From assembly GCA_030141605.1 (NCBI GenBank), contig JAQGDQ010000094.1, positions 310,001 to 374,000 on the forward strand: 64,000 nt of DNA, in the 5' to 3' direction. Below are positions 1-18,764 of the stretch, piece by piece. Source of the stretch: Tubiluchus corallicola. Taxonomy: Eukaryota > Animalia > Priapulida. Every line of letters begins with the position of its first letter. Within the stretch, counting starts at the first letter, position 1. The notes beneath the pieces were generated by a model. The model saw only the letters and a program-made list of their open reading frames with translations, was not told the origin of the DNA and made no database searches. Both the position numbers and the translations under genes were made by a program.

Positions 1-154
1 TTTAATCGGTAGATTTCTATCAAATTTTGTAGAATGGTGTGTCCTATGGGTAAAAAAGAACTGATTAGATTTTAGTAATGATGGATTGACAAATAGAAAA
101 AAGCGTCAATGTTTACTAGGCAAAGAAATATAGTACAAGCCCAGCCGGGAAAAT

Positions 155-226
155 GACAGCGTAGAGGCGTAAGACGAGGCCTAGCCTTGTAAACAAAACT
201 TCTATGGTTCAAATCCAGGCTGAGTT
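155..226 (+). mobile_element. tRNA(Thr-TGT)-derived SINE head or tRNA pseudogene fragment
   Basis: GCCTTGTAAAC anticodon-arm-like motif and B-box GGTTCAAATCC; the same GCCTTGTAAACA...GGTTCAAATCCAGGCTG string recurs at ~35393-35431. Confidence 0.5.
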
Positions 227-398
227 CCAGCTTTTCACATTTCCTGTTTTCCAAGTTTCGTATCGAAATTTAGCTACAGCTGCATGGTAGTCTGTACCGT
301 CATTGGTGGACGTATGAAGTTCAATGAAAGCATTCTAACGAAGTTCACTCATCTCTCCAAAAGTCGCAAGGGATTAAATAATTTTGATATATTTTTAG

Positions 399-5804
<5,406 letters not shown>

Positions 5805-8559
5805 GATGATTTCCTATTGTTGTGTCCTAGACACAAGTTGGAAAAAATTTGCTTTGAAATACATGATGACTGCTCAAAAGACCAAGTTTGTAGCTAGCAA
5901 TGGATAATGTCACTTTCTCTTAGAGTATCTGAATGAAATCATACAGAAGCTGCCACATGGCGGCCTCATATGCGCGATTTTTGAGTGGCTGAATCTGACA
6001 TTTTGAACCATATAATATGTTATACAATTACAAAACGCAGTTCTATTTGTTACCGTATGGTGGGGTTACGTTATCAACTTTCACGATTTTTCTCAAGGCT
6101 CTGCCAATCTGATCAACTTAATTAATTGTTGACATTTACGCACTATGCAATAAATAGTAAAATAGTAATAACAGAGATTTCCTGGCTATCTTGATCCTAA
6201 AGCGAATTTTTGATTTCAGTTAGACTTTTTTTCAATCCAGACAGGGAGTAGGCATAATAAAGTAAAAAAGATATATATATCTATCTATCTATATATATAT
6301 CTACAATTATCCCTAAGCAAATGTACGCATTATAAAAGCTTACCCAACACCTTGTACAAGGTACATAAATAGTAGTTGTGATCATATCACAGTTAGTCTC
6401 ATCACTGCACTGTGTCCTCGCTATGTTTACATGTATATCTTGTACGTATAACAGGGATTACAACAAAAATTATTAATTTTATACAAATACTATTTTCATA
6501 AACTGCCAAAAGAGAAATAATTGCAAAACATTTAGTTTAAAAAACTGGTTTTCTTGAAAGCTTTACTTATATGCATATATGCAAAAGCATCATGTATTCG
6601 TGATTTTTATAAAAAAATTCAAATCTAGAAAAACCAGAAATTAACTGATAATCATATAATCAGTAACCAGACAAGAAGTACCAGCAAAACTTTTATAACT
6701 GTTTAATAAAAATGTAGCTACTTAGTGCACTAAATAAAAAACTATACCAGTAAATGAGAAAAAATCATTTTAACCTGGCTCAATTGTACAATAAATATTT
6801 TGTAAATAAATAAATTACGTAGTAATTAATATTGGTCTTGTATTTGTTATGATAAATTGAATTTTTTAAAACTGCATCAACTGTTATTCATAGTGTAATC
6901 ACATTTAAAGTTGCAATGTTGTTAAAATAACCGTACACTAGCCTAATATTCTTAGCACCCAGCTGTCTGCTTGTTTATGTGATGTAGTTATATTGACGGA
7001 ACGTTTAGTTTTCTATCTTTTTATAAACTAAAAAGCTAATGCATAGACACTGGTAAAAGTAACTATATTACTTAGTAATAAGAAATCTCACACTATGTTT
7101 GACATAAGTATCAACTATTATCCCTGGGTTTGTAGAAAAGTCACAGTATTGCAATAATTGCAAGTACTAAAATGCGTTTATTACTTTAACATTGTTGTTA
7201 TTTTTTCTGCGTGATTATAAGTATCTAATGCTGATTTAAACTCTGGTTAAATATTTTGTTTTATCCTTGCTATATCACCCGTCGATAATTAAAACCTTTA
7301 TAATATTATAATAATAATAATAATCGTTCACTAACTGCATTTAATAATAATTTAAAGTAATAAAAATACGTACTGCAAAATACGCAGATCATGCGCGCAA
7401 GATTTAATAAAATTTTACAAGATGACCCGCCACTAACTAGTGTTTAACTAACGGACCAGTTGATCGACTGGTTAACTGGTGCTAGCTTTTAATCAAAAGC
7501 AAATAAAAAATGTCTTCCTTTAGTGAGTTTAAACAGTAGATGAACTCCGATGTCAAACACAGGAAACTCATTAATATCCTGAATTCCCGTAGCAAAATGT
7601 AAGATTGTTATAACTCATTGTTTGAGGCACAATAACAATCCAATAAACGCACGAAAGCATATTAAGTCAGACAATCTGAAACACTTTTCACCCTCTGGGA
7701 TTGGAACCCAAGACCTTCTGCTTATCAGATAATAAAGTATAGCACAATTAATAAGCGTCATCAAAAGTAAGCTTGATTTAAACTTGGAGCAGCACTGCTA
7801 TTAATGCCGAATAATGCTCATTTAGCTATTCCACGTCACAAAGCTAGATAAAAATTGTCTGCCCTTAGAATCCTCAATACTGCAAGCTGTTTCTGTTTAC
7901 CAGAACAGCTTAATAAACAAGTTGGTATGTCCTGCTTGACTTCATTCAGGGTTTTATTTACGTAAACAATTTCTCGCTTGATTTACCCTGGCGGCGGGAA
8001 TTGAAACATTATACCGTCAGCTGTCACATTTGTGAGGTCAGAAAAATACTTCGTGGGCGAACGTGTAATATTGACGTTCCTCGTAGGAGGTGCTAAGGTT
8101 GTGGATGTTGAAACTGCTTTTTCATTATTCTAAATTCATTATTTAACAATGCAGAATTATGTAATGAAAAACGCTGCTCTGTGTAACAAATCACAAAGTT
8201 AGTCATTATGCAAAAAAATTTGCGTCATTTTGTAACAATCATGTAACCACAGGAAATTCAAACTAGAAATTCATAGTAATTAATCATCACCAAAATTTGG
8301 CTCTGTATGCCTTAAACTATAACACCCCATCTAATGATACAGTTCGTAGTTCAACGAAATTGCGTAAGCAAGTCTTTAACTATATGTTCTTTAAATCAGT
8401 AACAAAATAGATGTCATGTCTACATATATAGCAGAGAATAATATCGACGAGATTCATTGTTTTTTGGTCAAAAATGTAGCAGCAATGTATTCTCTTATGC
8501 AAACGTGTATCAGTTGATTCAAAAACCTCGTGAGATTAGAACAGGAAGTGGCGTTGTTG

Positions 8560-9375
8560 CAGGTAATTTGTTGTCAATGTTGTCAATTTATGAGTGAATT
8601 TGTACATGAAAATGGCAGTTTAGAACTTGTTAATGTCATAAATGTTTAGAAAGTTTAGTTTTGTAAATATTGGTAGCGTGTGGTCCTGATAACCGGCAAA
8701 CGTTGTAGCTCGCACTATTTTCTTCTGAATCAGGTGATTTTTTTTCAATCTACTGGTGTATATGCTCCCCTAAACAATGTTTGAATTATTAAGATATGAT
8801 AAAAAGAAAATTATATAATAATATAACTACTGATTTAGGCAAATTGCGTCTAACTCTGTATATAATACATATAGTTTTGGAGATTTTGCTTTCGATGAAT
8901 CTAAGATGTTCTTGCCAAGTTAGGTGTTCATCTATGATGATGCCTAAGAACTCTGTGTGTTTTACTTTATTTATTGGAACTTCATCGATTTTTACTGTAA
9001 GAATACTAGAGATCCCACCCACACTACACCTCCAACACCATAACGCAACAGAGCACCACACCACCCTCACCAATGCCCACCACCCACGACACACTACACT
9101 CACCACGCTACTCTAACACCATCCCACCACACCATCCACAGAACAACACTCACATCACACCATCCACAGCACCATCTTGCAAACAATCGTCGGTATTTCC
9201 GTCCATAGACGGGTTGGCACTTTTGCTCGCAGAGTCATACTTGTTCAGTTTCTGAATTCTGAAGATTTATTACTTCTTTTCGTTAACGCCTCTAATAAAG
9301 ATTTTGCCGTCGTTTGTCCAAACACTCTTAACACGTCTTTGCTTGCCGTATTACAGAATTCTCGGTAATGATTGA
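8560..9375 (-). mobile_element. Internally deleted CR1/L2/Crack-type LINE remnant: ORF1 C-terminus joined to the RT C-terminal region
   Basis: Minus strand RVKSVWTNDGKIFIR (~9340-9285; ORF1-type C-terminal motif), a GTG-rich spacer at 9010-9180, then KVKHTEFLGIIIDEHLTWQEHL..ISKTICIIYRVR (9005-8790). Confidence 0.72.
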
Positions 9376-9649
9376 GTTTATTCACTTATCAATATCCTCT
9401 AGCAGGCTACTTGGGTGATCTATATTTCCATCTGGATAATCCTTCAGATCCAGACGCATTTAGATTTAATAACGTCAATAATGCAATGGGACCAGTACAA
9501 CACGTGCACGCCGTGACGGCCAAATTTTGGACCCGGTTTTAACACGAGGTGCCAGTTCTCGGTACAAACAAACCTAGTGCTGTGACGAGTGTTTGATAAC
9601 CGTTCAATACTTTGCCTAACCCAGCTTTGAATAAAAGACGACACGATAT

Positions 9650-10381
9650 AGGAAATACACAACTCTAATTTTGCCCCATTATTTATATGCCTGCATACTA
9701 TACCAAAAAGTGAAAAGAGAATCATACATCAAGTTAAATGTACTTCAAAACTACGCTTTACGATTAGTTAATGGCCATTCTTTGAAATCATCTCACAATA
9801 CAAGTAAATATTCTGCCACCTCTTTAAGAAACTCCATGAAAATCCCGATACTAGAAGCCCACAGAGATTATCAAACTCTCCTGTTTCTCTGTAAATATAT
9901 CAACAATATTAATGCTCCCTTTGAAAACAATAAGCTCCCACTTCTTAAAAACCCCAGTATGAATAACAGAACACTAAATTTAAGAAACATCAGAACGAAC
10001 AACCAATATGGAAAGTATTCCATTACTAAACAAGCTATACAACTTTGGAATTCATTACCGACATCACTAAAACACAGCAGCTCTTTAACAATATTCAAGT
10101 TTAAATTAAAAAAACATTTAATGACACGTTTTGAATATCCGACATACGAACACGATGACACCTACTCAAATCATAATTTCATTTTTCCCAGACCGTACTA
10201 AACTAGTTTATATTTTATTTTTTGAAATTCTAGTTGCACTTATAGTTTAGCTTGCACCAGACGCATTTGCCCAGAACAGTGTATGTTTAATTTCATATGA
10301 ACTAACACTGATTGTCTGTCTTGTATTATGATGGTCAATGTTTTAAAATGGCAAATAAAGATTTTACTACTACTACTACTA
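9650..10381 (+). mobile_element. LINE 3' end (ORF2 C-terminus, 3' UTR, (TAC)n tail)
   Basis: ORF 9671-10201 with KLNVLQNYALR..RTNNQYGKYSI..AIQLWNSLPTSLK..FKFKLKKHL; AATAAA at ~10354 followed by (TAC)5. Confidence 0.85.
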
Positions 10382-10384
10382 CAC

Positions 10385-13300
10385 AAGTTTTAACTATGAG
10401 GCATTCAAGACTGATTTCTTAAACGTCAATGTTATGCAAATGTCAAATTACGACTGCAGCACTGTGATTTCTTGCTACAACGAATCACTAACCTCTCTTA
10501 TGCATGTTCCTATGAAAACCAGAATTGTGACTGTTTACAGAATTGCAAAGTCTGATTACTATTCTGGTTTATTACTACTTAAAATAACAAGACCATATAT
10601 GATGAAAAGCCTTGTAATGATCTCCCGCCTATAAATGATCTAAAAAAGTTTGATAAATATTTTGGGCAATTCTGTATTAGTAAAATTGAGTTAAATCGTT
10701 ATGATATAGAAACCATTCCAGTAGATAACCAAACTAGGCGAACGTCTTTCATGTGTAATAATGACAGGCCAAATTTTTTTCATATCAGTAACAAACGAAG
10801 GCTTAACTAAGTAGTCCTTGCTTCACCCGTAACAGGTTAACTACTTTAATCAAGACATCCAAGTCGACATATTACAAAAAGAAACTTGAAATATATGAAC
10901 ATGATATAAAGAAAACCTGGGACGTCATGAAGGAACTACTAAATAAACAAACATGTAATTCTGCAATAAGGATTAAGAATAACAATAAACTTATTTCAAA
11001 CAACCATGCTGTCTGTAAACCAAACAACTGTCTGTAAAAACTAATGAACACCATTGAAAATAATTTTGTTACAGCTGGAACCTTCTGCGACCTCTCTAAA
11101 GCATTTGATACGGTCAACCACATAATATTAGTTAATAAATTATCTCATTATGGCTTTATGAGGGTCGCGATGGACTGGCTCCAAAATTACCTAAGTAATC
11201 GTACACAACGTGTCAAGTGCAACAAATCCTTCTCTGGCCAGGGAATAGCTATTTGTGGAGTACGACAAGGGTCAATCCTGGGACCCCTCTTACATGGACA
11301 ACATACACAACATCCAACACAATATGAAAATCACATAATTTGCAGACGACACGACCATCTTCTTAGACTTTGATAATTTTTCTGTAATAATATGAATACT
11401 GCTTTGGGTAACCTATCTAAATGGTTCAAAGCTAATTAATGCTAATAAACTTTCTCTTAATGCAGATAAAACTAAATGTGTCATGTTTCGCTCTAGAAAC
11501 AAACCATTTCCCCAAATTCCGACCTTCTAATGATCGATGGTTACCCTATTGAACAAATTAAACAAATAAAATCTTTACGCACAATGTTACATGAAAATCT
11601 AGACTGGAACCCTCACATTAATAAGATTATCCTCAAAATAGCCAAGAATTTCTCATACAAGTCTTTTTCAAACACATTTAAGAACTTTATATCATTCTTT
11701 AGTCATACCATATTTAAGCTATCCCTGTATTTTATGGGGCCCGACCTATCCATCTAACCTAGATTCTCTCCGTGCTCTTCGATTTTTCATGGCTTACCTA
11801 AATTCGCGCCTATTTTGAATTGGCACCTCAAAGATTTCAAACAAATAACCATTGACGACTTAATTATTCATGCATAAAACTCGCTATAAATCTCTGCCAT
11901 TTGTTTTCGTTAATCCTGTTAATGCTATTCAAAAACATTACAATACTAGAATTAACGAGTATCAAATTGTCCAGTTTAGGACTAATGTTGCGAAACATTT
12001 CATCTCATTTATTGGTCCTACCATGTGGAGCAAAATACCTGCAAATATTAAGTCTATTTCGTCGTTACCAAGATTCAAAAAAAGTTTGAAAACTTCATTC
12101 CTAAATTCATATTAAAGATTAAGCTTGTGCAGTATGTGACGCATGTTCAGATTCATGGTAAGCGACAGACTGGCCCATAGTGTACTTCTGTTCATAAATG
12201 TAGTTATATTTTTGCGATGTCCTAATAGCAATTTCATATTCATTCTTATCATTTCACTAACCTAATCCTACTAATTCCCATCTCCCGCACTCTCTACTAT
12301 CATTCCATCATTTTTTACCTTCCTTTTTGCACCCTAACACCAGCACTATTAATTGCATTATAGTCACACAAGTAATGCTTCTGACTATAATGCAAACAAC
12401 AATTTATATAGATATCATGCCATGTCAATTTTATTATGAAATTAATGTAACTATATATACCATGTTATCATAATGTATTTTGCTATGTTGTATTGTTGTT
12501 TGGTGTTTTCGTATTAAAAAAACATTAAATAATGTAATCGTGGCCATTAGCACTTCTAAATTCTCTTCTTGACATGCTAGACCAGTATCACCGTCATTGA
12601 CCAGCACTGGCCGTCATTGTAAAAAATTCGCTGTCCTCTGGTTGGTTTTCAAACCAATGCAAGGTGCAGTTATATGGCCACTTCTCACAATTATCAATTT
12701 TCAACCAGAAATAAAAAATTATAGACAGTTTCAAATCTTTCTTTTTTATAAAAACTAATAGAGTGAGACATTGTCAAACAAATAATTTATAACGGATGCA
12801 AATGACTCATTGAAATATTGCAGTCTGCTTATTATGAGTATTTCAGTGCTGAAACTGCGTTATTCAAACAGATGTGTTGATAGCCATAGCAAGTCGCGAA
12901 GTAACACTACCTGTGATGTCGGACCTGTCCACGGCCTTTGACACTAGATGACGATATTTTGCTAAAGAGGCTTCAATACAGACATGGTTTTCAGGGGTAG
13001 TACTGCCTTGGTTTCAATGTTACTTAAATGGTAGCGCACAGAAAGTTAGTCTGAACAATTGTGAATCTCAGTCCTTTTAAGTTGGGACTTACTAAGTCAG
13101 AAACAAAGCCCCCTTGTTTTTACACTATATACGGCACCAATGGGAGAAGTAACTAAAACTCTGGGAGCAAAATTTCATACTTATGCAGATGGCAATACTC
13201 TCTACATATCTTTCAAATCGAATGTAGCAAATAAAGAAAATCTACCAGTTACACAAATGGAAAAATGTATGTTAAAAATCAGAAACTGGATGTCGGCAAT

Positions 13301-14000
13301 TTTTTTAAAACTAAATGAGGACAAAACAAAATTCATGTTTATTAGAAAAAACATTAGTTAGAAAAAATATCGTGCTTCACTCTAAAATTCTCACGGAGTT
13401 AGTGTCGAGTGCTACCTCATCGCGCAATCTATTCTGCACCATGTATAATCAGATAAATGAATTATGCAAATCTACGTTTTTATATCTGCGTAACGTAGAT
13501 CTATCAGACACCATTTATCGACCGAAGCCAGCAAAATTCTTGTTAAGCCTTACCTTTCCTCTAGGCTGGACTTTTGCAACAATCACTTATATGGTCTCCC
13601 CGCTTACCAATTTTAAAAATTCCAAACCGTCCAAAATTCATCAGCTATAACCATTGTTAGATAACGTAAATACAACAATATCCCCACACGCTTCTGCAGC
13701 TCCACTTCTTTCATGTTAAATGTAGGGTTGATTTTAAAAGTATACTCCCCACATTTAAAGTCCTTAGTTGCCTAGCACCAAGCTACCTATCAGAGTTTTT
13801 AAAGCTTTACCAACCGGTGCGCACTTTAAGATCAACTTAAATACAACTGTTATCCATCCTTAGGATCCAATTAATTACTTTCGGTGACCTAGCCTTTCAT
13901 GCAGCAGCGGCAAAATTATTGAGCAGACTCCCAGACTTAATATACCAAGAAGCAAATATTTCCGTACAAGCCATCAAAACAAGGCTTTTCCGATAACTTT
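10385..14000 (+). mobile_element. Degraded L2-like LINE, split by the LINE at ~10835-12535
   Basis: Pre-RT sequence at 10385-10830 resumes at ~12540 with decayed RT motifs: DLSTAFDT (~12920), FHTYADG (ORF 13140-13361), FLKLNEDKTKFM, LAPSYLSE (~13770). Confidence 0.7.
10835..12535 (+). mobile_element. Degraded CR1/Crack-like LINE (RT with deletions, 3' UTR stem-loop)
   Basis: FCDLSKAFDTVNH, GVRQGSILGPLL, FADDTT in a shifted frame, NKLSLNADKTK, GPTMWSKIPANIK; 14-bp hairpin at 12353-12395 in the 3' UTR. Confidence 0.88.
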
Positions 14001-14648
14001 TTGACATAAGCAACGTTTTTAAATCTTTAAGAACATTTGATCTTTGCTGATTGTAATTTTGTCTGTAATTTTTACTGGCTATAATTTTGGAGGCTACTGC
14101 TCCTAAAAACTGTTTTAATGCAATATTGTCATAGTACAGCAAATATGCGATTTTATTGATTAATTTGTGTGCTTTTTACTATTTTACATAATTATAAGCT
14201 GTAAAGTACTATACTCCATTTTAACATGCTTTAGCACTATAAAATAATACCGAGTAAATTATTATAATTATTATTATTATTTATTTTATATGTAAATAAG
14301 GCGATTAAACTCCTTCCAAAGCTCTCTGAAAGCTTACCAGTTCAGTATAACAAATTTATTCATCGAAGATATAATGCAATATTCGTACCTGTATTGTTTT
14401 CTAGTAGGCATTTCATGAGATTCTTTACATTTTCAAGTATATTAAGAATTAAGACCCCAATTAACGGTTAATCTAAATAAAGATTATATAGTGTAGCGGT
14501 AACAGGTACGTATATTATACTCGTTAATTCATAATAGCAAATCGGCGACGTCAATCTACAACGAATAAATTCTATAAAAACTGTTATGTGCAAGTTGCAG
14601 CTTTGACAATGATATTGCCAATTTAAATCTTCCAGACATTTAAATTTT

Positions 14649-15989
14649 TCACTTATTCACTTGGGACGCCATCAGCTGTACTTTTACGGTAATCTTCTTG
14701 TTTCTGATGAAACCATTGCGTGGATTCATCAAGTGCCGATACTTAATCACTTCCATCTCTGCCCACTCTGCTGGACATTGGTCCATCGTCAAGACTCGTT
14801 TGATGCTTTTTTCTGGGTCAGTGTTTACCAGTTCGATAATGGAACCCTTGTGTATGACGTAATCATGGAACTTGCTTCCGGCGACAAGCGGATGAAGAGT
14901 AACTCTTGTCTCGTAGTCCCACTCGGAAGTGCCCAACCATACAGTCCAGTTTACTTCTAACTGCCACTGAGTCTGTGCAACAACAGAATGCGCACACAAG
15001 TTGTACCTCAATACATTTGACTGTATTGAGGTTTTTAAGTTATTCTTGCTTTGACTATAGACCAGAATTCCTCCAGAACAGCCAAATTTTCGTCGATTCA
15101 TGGGGAATATGGAGTCGGAAGGTGACGACAAGTTTCCTGATTTCATGTTGTGGACATTTTCAATTTCATCAGTCTTCAGTAAACCTGACCGAACAGGTCC
15201 AACTTTGAAGCTTTCTATGTCCATAAGTGGAAACCGAATTGCCTGTAAGACGCTACCTAGCTGATTCCGTTTGTTCACCGGAGATGAGGTCAGTTGCTTC
15301 CTGCGGCATACAGTTTCTGCCCACTGATTGACAGCGCAAAATATGTCAATTTCCGCGACTCCGGCACATGCTCGACTGACTGTCGTTAAGACATTTTCAA
15401 TTGATAACCTGTCGAATGACTGGGAGAAGAAGATTTTCTCTGGATTAGCTATTGCAATGTCAACCAATCTTTCTCTCAGAGATGGTTCTATGTGTTGGTG
15501 AGATATTCCATCGTAGAGGTTCTTTGCATTGCTGGTATTCAAGTGGGTCCTCATGTAATTTAGCACGTGCTGCTCCAAACCTTCCATTTTGTACCGTCTC
15601 GCGATCAGTACCAAGTCAACGGCTGTGTCATCATCTATTTCAAGAATATCAGTATAGACAAATTTTAACATCCTCCTAAAGACATCATGTCGCTCGTCAG
15701 GAACTCGTATCACATCCTGGTGTTTCCCACATCCTTTGAAAAACTCTCGAAAAACAGGACTTCGCAGGGATATAACAAATCTGCTAGCCAGTAGCTTGGC
15801 TTCCTCAGGTCCAACAAGAAAATCAACATCCATCAGGATATTTTCTTTATAGACGTACTTAAACCATTCATTCCAGTCCATGTCTGTGTCATTCATTGAT
15901 CTTTCACTACTAGTCTCCTCGGGTGACGATGATGGCGCCTCCTTTAATGCTCTTTTACACCAAGAAGCACGGGATTTTCTTGCTGGCAT
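14649..15989 (-). CDS. Intronless BTB/POZ-BACK protein (BTBD1/2/3/6-like N-terminal half) with probable C-terminal MATH/TRAF domain; putative Cullin-3 adaptor
   Basis: Intact 446-aa ORF. BTB: DVDFLVG..SRFVISLRSPVFREFF..FRRMLKFVYTD. BACK: EIDIFCAVNQWAETVCRR..LQAIRFPLM. The C-terminus LMNPRNGFIRNKKITVKVQL matches the typical MATH terminal strand. Confidence 0.9.
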   Translation of the reverse strand: MPARKSRASWCKRALKEAPSSSPEETSSERSMNDTDMDWNEWFKYVYKENILMDVDFLVGPEEAKLLASRFVISLRSPVFREFFKGCGKHQDVIRVPDERHDVFRRMLKFVYTDILEIDDDTAVDLVLIARRYKMEGLEQHVLNYMRTHLNTSNAKNLYDGISHQHIEPSLRERLVDIAIANPEKIFFSQSFDRLSIENVLTTVSRACAGVAEIDIFCAVNQWAETVCRRKQLTSSPVNKRNQLGSVLQAIRFPLMDIESFKVGPVRSGLLKTDEIENVHNMKSGNLSSPSDSIFPMNRRKFGCSGGILVYSQSKNNLKTSIQSNVLRYNLCAHSVVAQTQWQLEVNWTVWLGTSEWDYETRVTLHPLVAGSKFHDYVIHKGSIIELVNTDPEKSIKRVLTMDQCPAEWAEMEVIKYRHLMNPRNGFIRNKKITVKVQLMASQVNK

Positions 15990-16715
15990 TATTTTTCTGA
16001 TAGGGTGGTTTTAAGAAACCCTCGAGGACAAGTCACAACTGAACAGAAGGTATCTATGCAACTCTGTGTGAAAATGCAGCTAGAACCGAACTTGTTGTCC
16101 TTGTTTACATTTTGAATCCAAAGTTCGTGTTATAAACGTACTAACACAGGTGCATGAAGGAATCTGTCTCGAGTTTTAGACCTACATGTCTTTACATAAG
16201 GAACGCCCTGTATAAGCTGTAAGCAGCAACTATTGACAAGCCTCTCACAGTAACAGGTACGAGTTCAAGGTCCACTCTTGTGTGCTCTTGAAATTCATTT
16301 TATAACTTTTTGAAACCTTTTCGCTTGTCGTCTAATAAATGATATTAGACGATTAGATAACTGCTACTATTAAACGGTGAAGCTCAAATTTAGAGCATCA
16401 CAAAGTAGGCAACAATAATAAAATTATGTGTAAGAGCAAGTTTGCAACTATAAAGTAATTTGCAGCTTGTTCTTATTGATATGAGGTATAAATGCGTCTA
16501 ATTTAATACTAAAATTCCTTGCTTGAATTAATGCTTTATTAAATTTGTTAAATAGCACTGTTGTTCCATTCTCGCTTATATGAATTGAAAACCTAAGTTA
16601 TGCATAATAAACTACACTCATTATCTATGTGCTCTAAATAATAATGATTCTGCCTTGTGTATTTTGCAGTCATTATCGAAACTTATTAAAGTATACTGGA
16701 CTAATTCATCCATTA

Positions 16716-16800
16716 CAGTGGTTCTCAACCAGTAATGAAATCCTCCCAAGGGAGGTGAATTTTACGTTTCCAGGGGATGGCGAATTGAAAGCGGAGCTGG
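16716..16800 (+). mobile_element. hAT/Charlie-type DNA transposon terminus
   Basis: Begins CAGTGGTTCTCAACC, the characteristic Charlie-type TIR; only a doubtful degenerate partner near 17395-17410. Confidence 0.55.
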
Positions 16801-18764
16801 TAGACTCACTGGCTAAATTATTGGAATCCTGATCTTCTACATTCTACAGATCGTACATAATCGTTAGGACACCACGCTATTGAATAACACAGATTAATTT
16901 AAAAACTTGATAATTCTGTTCAAGTTTTAAAATTCACCAACGCATCAATATTTTACTGCTACTAGATCTGTAAAGATTTGATAGCAAAATATTCCTATAG
17001 TACATACTACATTAGTAAATGTAGAATGTACTAATACAGAATCAGACAATCTTAGAATAAGGGGGAGTAATAATCTAACATAGCCGGTCGCAAAACCGGC
17101 GCACTGGGCAATGTATCCATTGTATTGCTATCGAGACTAAATGTTTTAATATCTGCTACATTTTCGACATAAGCTGCAGTTGCCCGTTGTTGTCATCCTT
17201 GCAAACATCAGCGACAGTCATTCTTCCGCGTCATTTTACTGTCCGTTGCTATTTTAATTCTTGAAATACAAATTTTGGATTTTGGTTCCTCGCAAGCACC
17301 ACTGTGTAATCAATCGCAATCCTTGCCGCGTCATTTCAGCTGATATTGGCACTGATATTGGCCAACAGTTAATTTAACTAAGTTCTTGGCGGGTTAAAAG
17401 TTGAGTAAACAAAATCCAAGAAAGCGTTACATTCCTTTTTAATGCCCGTGGACTGTGTAAACGTAGGTTTGCGGATTGTGTAGCTTACACCAAGAAACAC
17501 GTAAAACTAAAGATTTTAAAAATGCGAGTTTCAACGTTTCGCATTGTCAGTTTTGTTACAGTTCCGTGAGCAAGTAAAAAACTTAGTCTAGAGCAACATT
17601 TCGTGTTTACTGCTAAAATTCGTGACAAAAATGCCTTGGACGAAGCAGTAGAACTAGCTTGTATAAATGTAGGCTGAAGGATGGAGCACGTAGCTCACGT
17701 AGCATAATCAGGAACACTGTGTAACAAAGTTAGCACTTGTTCCATTAGCTACATGCAACACACTTCTCATGTTTATATTAGAACTGTAATACTAGAACCC
17801 TAGTGAATCATCTGATTATTGTTCTAACTCCCAAACGACTTCCAAAATTCTGTTTACAGTTGAAAGGGGCCTAAAGCATAGGATTGCTTCTTACCCACCA
17901 CCCGGATTGTTTTGTCAAAGTGAAAGAGTTGCGTTTCAAGCTGTTTAGACGAATTTAGACACCTGCATTTATTTGACTTCTATTAATAAGATTGTGAGTA
18001 ATTCTCAAAGAGTGAAGAATGTATCGGAATAAAATGTTCAATTTGGAATATCGCCTAAAAGACTTTCGAGTAGCTCTACACCGGTAGGCACTCGTTTTTC
18101 AAAGTTCGATCATTACTTTAGGTGTATCCAAGGCAAGTCTGTATGTTTTATACAAACCAGTGACAAAACAACATCCCACTGATAATGTGAAAGTAACTGA
18201 CATATTCATCTGTATCATGTTCAGTCTCAATTTTGTCTCATCTAAGATTTTTGAAGGTATTGATGAGAATTGTCTTCACTCAGCATTGTACTGGATCCTA
18301 GTAACTAATTAAATATTACTCATACTTGCGTTTGTACTATTGATACCAGCTCACCATCTGTTAATTTTTCTCACAAACTTGAGCAACAGATAAAAATATA
18401 CGTCATACAAGACAGCAATTAGATCGACAGTGTTTATTATGCTTAATGCATTGCAGAATAAATACAGGAAACTCAGCTAGTGTAATCAAGCAAAACCAGT
18501 ATAATAACTTTATTGCAGAAAATACCTAGCATATTTGACAGAACAACAGCTGGTCTAGATACCCCATGTGATTTGTTTTCCCCACGAAGCCTGAATGTCT
18601 ATTAAAGCGGGGTCAGTGTGCTTAGACTGATATGTGCTTACACTAATATCATAATATCATGAAACCAACACCTAGCAATTATCTTTCTAAAAGCTAAGGA
18701 ATAGGAAATTGTACAGAACGACAACTTTAAGTTATCATCCAACATACAAGAATCGAAATTTAGC

